From: Paraspadella gotoi
Lineage: Eukaryota; Animalia; Chaetognatha
Reading direction: 5' to 3'
DNA length: 64,000 nucleotides
Assembly (NCBI GenBank): GCA_051294375.1
Contig: CM119263.1
Span: 7,107,645 to 7,171,644 of the forward strand
Below are positions 27,333-38,470 of the stretch, piece by piece; position 1 is the first letter of the stretch, and each line of letters starts with the position of its first letter. Under the pieces are notes generated by a model that was given only the letters and a program-made list of their open reading frames with translations, had not been told where the DNA came from and searched no databases. Both the position numbers and the translations under genes were made by a program.

Positions 27333-28577
27333 AATATATAATATATAATATATTAAAGGTTGTTATATATGTTGTGTGTAATATATTATGTTATAAAATA
27401 CTCATTATCTAACAGATTGAAAGAGAATCGCCGGTGTTCATGTCTAAAAAAATATATAATTTACGATTCTTTTTTTTAATTTTTTGGCTTCGTTGTTTAT
27501 TAATTTATTAATATTATTATTCCATCGCAGAGTCCGGGCCCCGAGGTGCAAAGAATCTCCGAGCACGAAAAGCGACGAGGTGGCGCATTATTTAAAAGAC
27601 GACGACGACGACGCTCCTCCTCTGAAATTAGAAAGGGCTTGGGCGAAAGGCAAGTGGGCGCGAATAACGACCAAACGTTAGTTGGGAACATATTGGAGAA
27701 TAACGACTTGGTTCATTTGAAGGAGCTTATTAAGACAATGCTTTCACTGATTGGGTTCTGTGATAAGTTATAAGTCACATTGTAGGGACAACTAGAAGCG
27801 AACGTTTTTTGCTTTCTAAAAAAATGTTGAAAGATATCTGCTCTGTTATATATATTTGCTTGATATGTTGAACATTCGACAAAGAGACTTTTTCAGGTTC
27901 TTGAGCTGCTTTCAAGATGCTATACCTAAAAATATTCTCAGCCTCATGATTACCATGACTACCAAAAACATATCGCAAGCGGTAATAAGTCATAACGTCC
28001 AAAAAAAAAGGCCCTTATAAACTTCCCCCAAATAATCAAGCCAGGTCCGTATCCCGCCCCGGGGGCCGAAGCCGAGAGCCGGAAGCTCCGCTCGCCCGGT
28101 CGATTTTCCGGCAAGTTCCTCCAGGCGGACATAAAGCATCTCGGACAGCCGTGGATTCCGAATGGCCACGCGCTGATCATTTCCCCATTTTTCACTTTTC
28201 CCGTCCATTTTTCCCCCTTTTTTTTTCTCTCTTCTTTTGTTTCCCGCCATTTTTCCCTTTTTTTTTCTAGTTTGCCACTCGTGTCGTCGTTTTATGGCGT
28301 CGTTATCGGATTAACGCGTTTTCGTCGTCGTCGCTGGCGTCGTATGAATATTTTAAAATAATTATTTTTTTTTTCAACTTTTCAACGAATTCTTCCTCGA
28401 TTTTCATTCAAGACTCCGCCCTTTCATTTTCCTTTTTATTCAAAGGCAAAAAAAGAAAGAATTTTTTTTTTCCCGCGTCGATTTTCAGTTCCCCTAATTA
28501 GTTTTAAGGGAGAGCGGAGGCGGCGTCGACTGATTAGGCGTCATTTTGGGAGCATTGTCCGCTAAGACATTATTTTG

Positions 28578-28660
28578 GAGATGGCATTAATCGTGTCAGT
28601 TGCTATGTCATCATTTTTGAGATGGCATTTATCGTGTCAGTTGCTATGTCATCATTTTTA
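28578..28660 (+). repeat. 41-bp tandem duplication within a degenerate minisatellite
   Basis: GAGATGGCATT(A/T)ATCGTGTCAGTTGCTATGTCATCATTTTT at 28578 and 28619. Confidence 0.85.
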
Positions 28661-29160
28661 AGGTGGCATCGGCTGAGTAAGTTGCCGTTTTAACACATTT
28701 GAAATGGTATTGGCGGCTTTGGCATAATTTTGAAGGAAGCGACAACGGCGCCGTAGGTTTGACTTTAACCAATTGACTTTCAAGGTCGCGATAATCGGAA
28801 CCAGATGCAGATTAATTAATTCTTTTAGCGACAACAACAACAACAACACAACAACGACAACTACAGTCTTGATCCAACTAAAACCAAACCCTCTCGCCTA
28901 TACAGTATAAAATTGAATTAAACTAATGTACAAAGTAAAAAACAATTTTACATTAAGTGTGATTGTGAACGGTCTAATCTAAATTTGGTAATAATAACTA
29001 TTTTTATGATATGATTATGATATCAATTGTTCGAGAGAATTTACCCTGTGATCCAAAGCAGGAAATGAAAAAAAGGGCGATTATCTTATCCGGATATTTT
29101 TTGACTAACGAATTCCAAAAAAAAAGCGGAGACTGAGAATAATGAGAGAGAGAGAGAGGA

Positions 29161-29218
<58 letters not shown>

Positions 29219-29784
29219 AAGATATCAGGAACAAAAAGAGAGGAGGGGGCGAACAACAGCCAGCTTCCCCGTCCTCTCATCTTCTCATGCATCTCTCTCT
29301 CTCTCGTCCTTAAAATAAAAAACCCCAAATTTTCCGATAATCGGCGTCGGGTAGAAAAAAAAAGGCGAGGAGAAAAAAAATTCGTTGAATGAATTCGAGG
29401 AAAATGAGAGATGATAAGAGCCGAGAATGGAAAAGGGATAGAAAATGATGGGAGGAACCAGCGTCGGAGACAGAAAAAGAAAATAGAAAAAAAAAGTGGA
29501 AATTTGAGAAAAAAAAATGTGTGAAATGGTAATAAACGATAAAGGGTGAAAAATCTAACCTTTTTTTCCAGAACTGTTTATTCAAAATTATCTCTCTCTC
29601 TCTCTCTCTCTCTCATTCTCTCTCTCTCTTTCTCCTCTCTCTACCTCTCTCTCTCCTTTAATATTCGATTTGTTCAGTAACGAATTTGGGGAAAAAAAAG
29701 GGAAGAAGAAATGGAGAAGGATTTTTTTCTTTCTTTTTATCTGCATAGGGATTTTCTTCGTGTCGAGGAAAGGGGAAGGAAAGA

Positions 29785-29867
<83 letters not shown>

Positions 29868-30144
29868 TTCTTTCCCCCTCGAGCAATTGGCGTTCTTCCA
29901 TTCATCCTTCATTAACTCTAATCTTGTTTCCGTCCTTCTCCATCACCTAGTAGTCAGGCCTACAATCTTTCTCCATCACCCTATCATTAGTGCTCTTAAC
30001 TTATTTCCCAGCATTTTTCTCTTCCGTTTCTTTTCTCAATCTCCTTCTTTCTTTAAAATCTTCCTCACCCGACCATAACCGCTCCTTCACCCACTGCTAT
30101 TTTTCCAAAGCGGTCCATTTCCGTTCTTAATTTTAAGCCAAATA

Positions 30145-30317
30145 TTGAATTAGTTAACTATAACGATTTATTTTTCAAAAGAAAAATGTCCATGTTTCGA
30201 CTTTATTACAAGTCTTCATCAGCGTTAATTTGAATTAAAAGACTTGTAATAAAGTCGAAACATGTATTACGTACGTTTTTCTCTTGAAAAATAAATCGTT
30301 GTTGCCAACTAATTCAA
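30145..30317. mobile_element. Inverted pair of hammerhead-bearing repeat ends (Penelope pLTR-like), ~70-bp arms
   Basis: Arms 30145-30216 and 30239-30317 are reverse complements around a ~22-nt spacer. Minus strand reads AACG-CUGAUGA-A-GACUU-GUAAUA-AAGUC-GAAACAUG-GA-CAUU (degenerate hammerhead). Homologous to 49611-49727. Confidence 0.8.
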
Positions 30318-30585
30318 ATTTTTTTCCTAATCCCTAATCACAACGAAAGAAAGGATTATATAACACAATTCTAATCTATTAATTAATACTTAACCTAATA
30401 TTTAACCCTATTATTTAACCATAACTTAATCCCTAACCCTAACCCGAATTTATAACTGTATCCCTTAACCCTGAACCTCAATCCTTAACCATATCGTTAT
30501 CAATAACTCTTAATATAATCTTTAAATAAAAAAAAATTGCATGTGTAGCAGTAATATTTCATACCCCGCTACTTATCCGAGAATT

Positions 30586-30775
30586 AACAGCAGTTATAGC
30601 GCCGGAAGTAGCACAAGCTCTTCCCAACGCATTGGATTTGTGTTCGCGCCCAGCTGATTTTCTGAAGTAAAATTGGGACGGGGCGTCTAACCCACCTGTA
30701 GTGACAGATTACAGCCCGGTCCAAAGTTCGGGATTTTGTAAACGGTAAACAGTAAATTGCTTGCGGCATCGTCTT
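30586..30775 (+). mobile_element. tRNA-derived SINE (family A, copy 2) with twister-like motif at 30667-30739
   Basis: Degenerate B-box TGTTCGCGCCC (30641), then GUAAAAU-U-GG-GA-CGG-GGCGUC-UAA-CCC-AC-CUGUAGU-GACAG-AUUACAG-CCCGG-UCCAAAGU-UCGGG-AUUUUGU. Boundaries approximate. Confidence 0.6.
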
Positions 30776-31739
30776 TCACACGTAATTCTGAATTTAAGCT
30801 GAAATGTAGCACTTTTGGAAAATATGGCCAGTTCTCGTTTCGTCCTTACCTTCTTTTACATTTTCCCTTGACCCCTTCGGTAACCCTCAATTCCATTTTA
30901 GGAATTTTTTCCTTTTTTTCTCTTTTCCTTATCCTTAATCTTTTTTCCTCACCCCTTTTCCTTTCTTTCTACCCGGATCTCATCTTCCTCGGGCGTTGAT
31001 TTATTCATCCTCAAATCCCGACCTCTTCAAAAAATTTTCGCCCAAGACTCTCTCTCTCTCTCTCTCTCNNNNNNNNNNNNNNNNNNNNNNNNNNNNNNNN
31101 NNNNNNNNNNNNNNNNNNNNNNNNNNNNNNNNNNNNNNNNNNNNNNNNNNNNNNNNNNNNNNNNNNNNNNNNNNNNNNNNNNNNNNNNNNNNNNNNNNNN
31201 NNNNNNNNNNNNNNNNNNNNNNNNNNNNNNNNNNNNNNNNNNNNNNNNNNNNNNNNNNNNNNNNNNNNNNNNNNNNNNNNNNNNNNTTTTTTTTTTATAC
31301 CGAATTTCTTGTTTTGTTTGTTTTTCTTTCGCCTTTGAATCAAAAACAAGATTCTTTTTTGTTTTTGAGCGATTTATTCATGACATCGAGGCTCTATGAT
31401 ATGGGCGATGCATTTGTTATGGGTCTAAGACGACGGTTTTCCGTTGCATTTTTTTTTTGTCGTGGGCATTGGCCGCCTTTGCATTTATTATGAATCCGTT
31501 TTTAATACCGCTCTGCTAGCGGACAATGTTCTTTCGTATGCTCAATTTTTAAATGAAAATTGTTATCATTTATAAACTGACAAAAGACATTTGTGGGTTA
31601 TTTTTGCATTAAAATGTCAAATTTATCTTATAATCACTTCATAAGCTTGATGATTTATTCTATCATCTTCGGTCTTATTAACTTCAGAGTTGTAGGCTCC
31701 ATCCACGTTCATTTAATAATCGCTAAATACTATCATTCA

Positions 31740-31820
<81 letters not shown>

Positions 31821-32129
31821 GGGGCCGGCCGGCCGGCCGGAGGGGCTGGAATGAATTACTTCCGTAATTTGAAGCTTGCGCCGCAGAAAATCGTCGTCGT
31901 CATCGTCGTCATCGTCGTCGTGGTTCATTTCTAATGTAATACAGCGCAATGGCCATCCGTTGCACAGGTCCCCGCACTCATGAGTTTTGAACGAGCGCCG
32001 ACATTGTTATGGAATCAATAATTAATCGCCTCGATTCTTTTATGCCTTCGATAAAAAATAGAAAAACATAAGAGAAAAAACAGACTCCGTCGACTTCGGC
32101 CAACTGCCTATATCTTCGTACAACCGCTC

Positions 32130-32460
32130 TGAATTGTTACAACCAATATAAAAATTATTTATTAATTTAATAAACAAGCTACCTTGCTTCTGACTTTGGT
32201 CAGGCTTTGGGTGACTAAGTCCTCCATGCATTTACAAGCTAATAACATAGAGATATCCTGCAAGCTTTCCATCAAAGTCTAGTTTAATAACTTGAGCACT
32301 TGGCTTTCTTATCAATGATGCGATATAATTTTTTTTACCGTTTCACCTGGATAAAAGGACCACTCCTATGAAATGACTTCATGTCCTGGTAATAATAATT
32401 GCAAAATCACTTGTTTTTCTATGTTAGTATCACCTGCCAAACGATATTATTGATATAAAC
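32130..32460 (-). mobile_element. Family B copy 2 preceded by a decayed coding remnant resembling a Penelope-like GIY-YIG C-terminus
   Basis: Broken minus-strand translation LYQ*...KTSDFA...GHEV/FIGVVLLSR*NGKKNYIASLIRKPSAQVIKLDFDGKLAGYLYVISL*, whose stop lies in the first strand of the twister-like motif (32180-32240). The repeat homology is clear; the protein assignment is tentative. Confidence 0.4.
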
Positions 32461-33272
32461 TATGTGTCGCATAGGGCGAAAAACCAAAGTTTAAAAACAA
32501 AATCGGACCTTGCATCACAAAAAACTCTCACAAACTCACACTCTCTTTCCACATAAAACCTCACACACGAAAAAAAACCGGCGAAACATAGAATAATCCC
32601 GACGGACGAAATCCGACTTCTTCGCCTCGGGAAAAATATATTTTTTTTTTCGCTTATTCCCAGCGACGCCGTACGAGTACATACGGAGATTGGCTTCCAT
32701 TATTTCGGGTGACATCCGGGTTGAGAGAGAAAAAATATCCAAGATGTCTTTCAACTGGACTTTACCGATTTCCGATGTTTAAAATTTGAGATTAGATTTT
32801 TTCTTTCCGTTGGTAAGAGTGACGAGCAAAGAATATTTATTTTTTGTTTACATTGCCAATTGATTGATAAATTCGTTGTTGCTGGATGATAATAATATTA
32901 ATTTCTGCTATTCACTTTTTTAATTTCCCCTCTCATTGATCGGTGGAAAATTTTGCTAGCAAAGATTCTGGGGTGAAACTTATTGCGTCGACACTGGTTT
33001 GTTTTTCCCCCTATCTCTCCCCCGTTCACGAACTCATTAGCCGCTCCAATCATAACTCCATCCGTCCATCCATTCGTCCGGCTCCATCCCACCATCTCGC
33101 TCTCAATGCTCGACTGACCGGCGAGCTGCGTTTGCGAGCCCTGCGTGCCCAGACACGTTCTGGATTAACGACACCACGAGGCGAGAAAATGCACCATGAA
33201 AATATAATTGGAACGGGGAAAGAAATAAGAGGGGAGGAATCCCAAAACCGACCCTAAAACGAAAAAGAGGAA

Positions 33273-33368
<96 letters not shown>

Positions 33369-33828
33369 ATTACAGAGACACAGTTACGAGACGGAGAGAC
33401 GAGGAGAGAAACGTTCTGGATCGCCATCCGTGCGTCTCATCCTTCTAATCCAAGATGCCGCCGCCACCGCCAGATTCCCTTTTTTTCCATAGCGCCATCG
33501 ACCGGGCGACGAGCGTCGTCCGATAGAGACGGAGACAACAATGAAAAGAGATCTAGCGACAGAGTGAGAGAGAGCGAGCGAGAGTTGGAACACAAAAAGA
33601 GAGAGAGAGAGAGAGGCGCGAGAAAAAGAGAAGAAAGAAGAAAGAAAAGTCGAGGAGAGAACAATGAAAATAACAGATAGAGAGGGGGGGCGCAGGGGGG
33701 GCTGCGTATAAGAAAGAAATCGACTGACAAAAGAGCGACAGAAAACAAGGCGATGCGATTTAAGTAAAAAAGGCCTCTCTTTGTGTGCGAGAGTGAGAGA
33801 GAAAAAAGGAAAGAAATTGAAAAAAAAG

Positions 33829-33885
<57 letters not shown>

Positions 33886-36159
33886 CTCGCGATCGTTATG
33901 ATTTACCCAGCTAATCCCTGGGAACCGCTTTCGCTCATTTCTGCAGTTAAGCCAAGAGGAGGAGACTCGTCACGGCCTCTTCTGCCAAGTCATGTAAGTT
34001 ATAAGCTCGATAGACTTACTACGACTTAAAAGGCAGACAACAACTAATGACTGCTGTCTTCCAGTGGTCGCTACTGCCGCTGTCCGCCGCACGCCGCCGC
34101 ACGCCGACGCAGGAAGTAACGTGAAAAAAAAATGGACGGCGATGTTTTCATCCTTTCTCGCTAGGGGGACTAGAAAGAGGCGTTGGCGGTCGGAAAAGCG
34201 AACAAAGGAACAATGGAGGATCGAGAGGTGAAAACTTTATCACTTTGGCAAACAATTCGAAGAGCATCACTCTCGCTCTTTAAGAGGTGGGGGGTCTAGG
34301 GAGTGTTGGATGAAGGTGAGGGGAAGGCTGGATGATAAAGAGTGATGGAGCAATGGATTTGGGTCAGGAACTGCAGTAGTACTGAGGGTTAATGAGATGA
34401 ATCTATGACGATGGCGGACCATCTCGTAGAAAAAGTCGTTAGAAAATGTGATGAGCTTACGGATAAGGATAAAAGCAAATGAGAGGGCTGGTGAATCGGG
34501 TCTATAGATTGCCACAAACTGGGGAACATTTAAAGAACGGTGAACAGCGAACAAGCTCTGAAGAACAATCATAGTCCGAAGCAAAACATTTGAAAAAACA
34601 CATTCTCCGTGAACGTCTTGAAAAAGTAATATTTTTTTTTAGCTGTTAAACACTCAGCACCGAAGAACATAGCAGAGTTCGGGGAATATTTGTCTCTTAT
34701 CATAACTGTTGGGTTTTTTTTTCCTTTTCCTTCCCTCGCAGTGTAATCATCTTTAAAATAATGATGGTGTAAGGAAAGGAAACAGACGAGGAAGAGGAAG
34801 GGAAAGTATGAGGAGGAAGAGGAGTGGGAGGAGGGAGGAAGAAGAGAATTCGGGATGGAGGAAGGAAGGAAAGGGAATGGTAAAAAAAAAAAAAACCCTA
34901 AAAAAGAAAGAAAGGAAATACCAGATTGAGGCTACACAGGGGGACTGCGATAAAGATGCAGCCAGATACGCCCCCATTAAACCGCCGTTTCTCAAATCGC
35001 AAACGCGCGCGTTATTTCTTTTTATTTCTCTCTCCGTTTCATTTCCTGGCGCACGAGAAGAGCTTCGCCTCCTTTTTTTTTTTCCCCCTTTTCTCTTTTA
35101 TCATTCGGTTAGTTAGTTATTTTGTTCTCTTTTTTTGTTGTCATTTTGCTTTCTTTGTTTCATCCTTTTGAGCTTCTGTGCTCTTTATTTCCTTCCTTAT
35201 TTCTTTCTTTTCGTTTCCTTACGTCCGTTTTTTTTTTAACCCCCTTTTTTTTATAACTTTTCCTTTTTTCCCTTTTTTTTTCATTCCGTCTTTCCAAGCC
35301 ATCTTCTCCAAAAAGGCCAACCCTCTGCCTTCACTCGTCTAAACGAGTTTTAAAACGAAAAAATATGCGTTTGAATTGAGGACTGGACGATTGGTCGTCG
35401 TCTTCGGCGGAGGTTCTCTACAGTTTGTCAGGATGAAAATATGAAAATATGAAAATATGAAAAAATACTTTAAAAAAAATACTTAAAATACTAAGACGTG
35501 AGCGATGGGTGTTCCGCCGGTAATTACGTCCACGATTGTTAAGTGCCAAACTTGATAAACGTGGGGGAGTTTTTCGCTGCGAGAAATAGAAACAAAGGTT
35601 GTGGAGAGTATTATTATAAATAAGAAAATAAAATCCCCATACTAAATACGAATTCTTTGTAAATTCCTATGCTCGCTAGGAAACGTTACTTTATTTAGTA
35701 ATAATTTAGTCTAGTTTTTCCTCTTTACGACATATTAAGAGTGATGCAGACAGAAAAATGAAATGAATTAATTATGGACTCGAACGCGATAGAATGTGGC
35801 TTCTTCTTTCCTTCTTTTTTTTTCCAAGTTAAATAAATCGAGTGATAAAAAAAGGTTCCAGAACCTGTTAGTTCAGGGACGCGCCACGCGGTCGAAATTG
35901 AGGCGAAATTTGCTGGATGGATTTTTAAAATTTGGATCAAGAGGTGAGGGCAAAAAAAAATGGTTTGGTATATACTACGAGGCTTCCGGACGACGGAGCT
36001 GCAAAAAATGGGCACTTTTTGTTCCTATTTCCTGAATCTATTAAACTATTAAACAATATTTTCATTATGAAAAGTTTATTATTACTATTACTATATTTAC
36101 TATTACTAATTACTATGTTTACTCTTACCATTACAAAATGCATAATCCAATCCATACTG

Positions 36160-36351
36160 CTAATCCATAACCATAATCCTTAATCTTAAAAACCAAAATC
36201 TCTAACCCTTTACAAAATTTCTAACCAAATCTCTAAAGTCTCGACCACCTCCAATCTAACCTAATCTTTAACCAAACCCCTCGCTAACATCTAACCTAAT
36301 CTTTATTCTGAATTTAAGCCGAAATTGGAGCGCTTTCGGAAAATATAGCCA
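36160..36351 (+). mobile_element. Partial copy of the 30093-30832 MITE (TAACC-rich tract plus right TIR)
   Basis: ATTCTGAATTTAAGCCGAAATTGGAGCGCTTTCGGAAAATATAGCCA matches 30785-30830. Confidence 0.55.
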
Positions 36352-36975
36352 AAAAAGATTCGGCGTCGCGCCCTCGAGTGGTTGCAAATTGGGTGAGCGA
36401 TGCGTCGGAGTCTTTTACTACTTTGATGGCGAATTGGGGTGGAGGGGGGGCGGTGGTAGGGGGGGGGAGAGAAACGATTGGAGATTTTCGAGAGAAAAAT
36501 CGGAGGGGAAAGAGGAAAATTGGGGTCAAGACACGAGAAGACAAAAAATTTACGGGATTTAGGATCCTCGCTTAACGACGGAATAAAAGAAGAACGCCAG
36601 CCAAGATAAGCTCGTTAGTTTGATAAAATAAAAGGAGAAAGGGAAAGATATAAAAAAAGAGGGAAGATATAAAAAAGGGAAGGAATGAATGAAAGAAGGA
36701 ATAAAATATAGAAAGAAAAGGGCTTAAAAAGGAAAGAATGAGAAAAAAAAGGGAAAAAATGTAAAAAAAAGGAAGAGAGATAGATAGATAGAAAGAAAGA
36801 AAGAAAGAAAGAANNNNNNNNNNAAAAAAAAAAAAAAAGAAGGAAAGAAAAAAAAAAGAAAATAGCGAAAGAAAATGGAGGCACGGCTTCGCTCCAAGGG
36901 TTGATATGAAAAGGTCATCGCCAGAAAATGTCAGGGGAGGCAACAAGATTTCGCGGGAGGAAAGAGGAAAGAATG

Positions 36976-37014
<39 letters not shown>

Positions 37015-37412
37015 ACGAGCGAGCGACAATCGAGATTGAATGAGGCCGGCGATGAGTCCAGACAAGGGTTTGTGAAGCGAGAGGAAAAAAATCGCGCCTT
37101 TTTTAGAGAAGAAAAGTGAGAGAGAGAGAGAGAGAGAGAGAAGGTCGAGGAGGAGCAGGAGCAGGAGCAGGAGGTGATGGGAGAAGGAAAGAGGAGTAAG
37201 GGGGATAGAGCGGGTAATGAGAGGTGAGAATAAGATTTAGATGAATAGAACTTTGTTTAAGTACAGTTGTAATTCCTGTAAACTTCTAGAGAAAATAAAA
37301 ACAAGAATTAAACCAACCAATGTTTTACATATAGAAATATAGAAACAGGGATTGTGAAACTCCAAATATAAACAACAACTCTGTTTGTGACACCAAAAAT
37401 GACCAATCCAAA

Positions 37413-37655
37413 TCACTGTGAAGACTCAAGATTGTTCTCACGAGAACAACAACACGAGAAGCAACGAAGCAGGAGAGCAGCGAAGCAGTAAAGCGGCGGA
37501 GCAGCGCCTGATTCACGATGCGAAACTAAGGACGCGACTTCAGACATTTTGTGAGAAGACTGACGGAATTTCATGGTCTCGTTGAGCCGGAGAGTCCGAA
37601 GTTCGAGACCCGACGGGGACGTCGACGCTATCGATGGGTGGCGCCGCGTCTCGAT
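37413..37655 (-). CDS. Candidate terminal coding exon of an unidentified gene
   Basis: Good acceptor TATTATTTCTTTCCAAG|ATC followed by GC-rich non-repetitive sequence open for 80 codons (IETRRHPSIASTSP...RCFSCCCSRENNLESSQ*). No homolog recognised and no upstream exon found. Confidence 0.25.
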   Translation of the reverse strand: METRRHPSIASTSPSGLELRTLRLNETMKFRQSSHKMSEVASLVSHRESGAAPPLYCFAALLLRCFSCCCSRENNLESSQ

Positions 37656-37948
37656 CTTGGAAAGAAATAATAGCGAAGACATCACGACGCCGTTTAACGC
37701 TTTGGGGGTTGTTGAGGGGAGGGGGGGTGAATGGGAATGGGGGAAAGGAGAGGAAGAAGCGGTGAAAGTTGTTGTGAGAAACGAAAATGGGAATAGAAAG
37801 GAGAAAATAAAGTTGAGTTGTTGACGGAGAAAAAAAGAAAATAGAAAATGTAGAATTGTAGATTATAGCTGGCGATACAATCGACCTCTTGATCGACACC
37901 GATATATTTCGCCTGGAAATCCTTATCCTTTTTATTCTCATTTTATTT

Positions 37949-38000
<52 letters not shown>

Positions 38001-38269
38001 TCAAGAAGTAAAAAAAAGGAGTTGATTTCGGTGGAAAAGCCAAAGGGAAGAAAGATGAAAGAAATACGTAATTCCGAGAGATAAAAAAATGGCGGCAAAC
38101 GAGTTTTTGATGAAAGACGCGACAAAAGATGGAAAAAAGGTGTGAAAGAGGCAGATCACCTGTGAGAGTGTGAATATCGTGATCCATAGATGAATGATCA
38201 CGTAATGTAGATTCCTCCATAAATTTTTAAATTTGTCAGAACGTTTTTCTCTTTTTTTTCCATTTTTTT

Positions 38270-38470
38270 TTGACACGCTAAACTTTTCTCTGATTACGCA
38301 AAATTTCATGAAAAAAATTAAAAAATTAATAGTACCAATAGTTAGTGTTATGTCTCGAATAGATGGAAAAAAAACCTCGTTTAAAAATTCGATCGGGAAG
38401 TGGGGTAACTAAGGCTTACCAATGGCATCCTCCACGCCAATCGTTCTCTCAAATAATTTTTTTTATTTAA
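38270..38470 (+). mobile_element. Dispersed AT-rich repeat, probably internal part of a non-autonomous DNA transposon
   Basis: TTTCTCTGATTA..GCAAAAT...GTTATGTCTC.AATAGATG...TACCAATGGCATC.TCCA.GC.AATCGTTCT is shared with 57560-57750. Confidence 0.65.

Larger units (their letters stand above)
30093..30832. mobile_element. MITE-like element with ~40-bp imperfect TIRs and internal TAACC(C/T) repeats, carrying nested insertions
   Basis: Left ACTGCTATTTTTCCAAAGCGGTCCATTTCCG vs reverse complement of right end ACTGGCCATATTTTCCAAAAGTGCTACATTTCAG. The same right TIR follows a TAACC-rich tract at 36305-36351. Confidence 0.55.

Noticed and set aside
30390-30500. Telomere or interstitial telomeric (CCCTAA)n
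   Set aside because: Only two perfect units in a degenerate tract that lies inside a MITE-like repeat.
37590-37612. UCCGAAGU twister-L4-like octamer
   Set aside because: No flanking P4 stem and no upstream UAA module.
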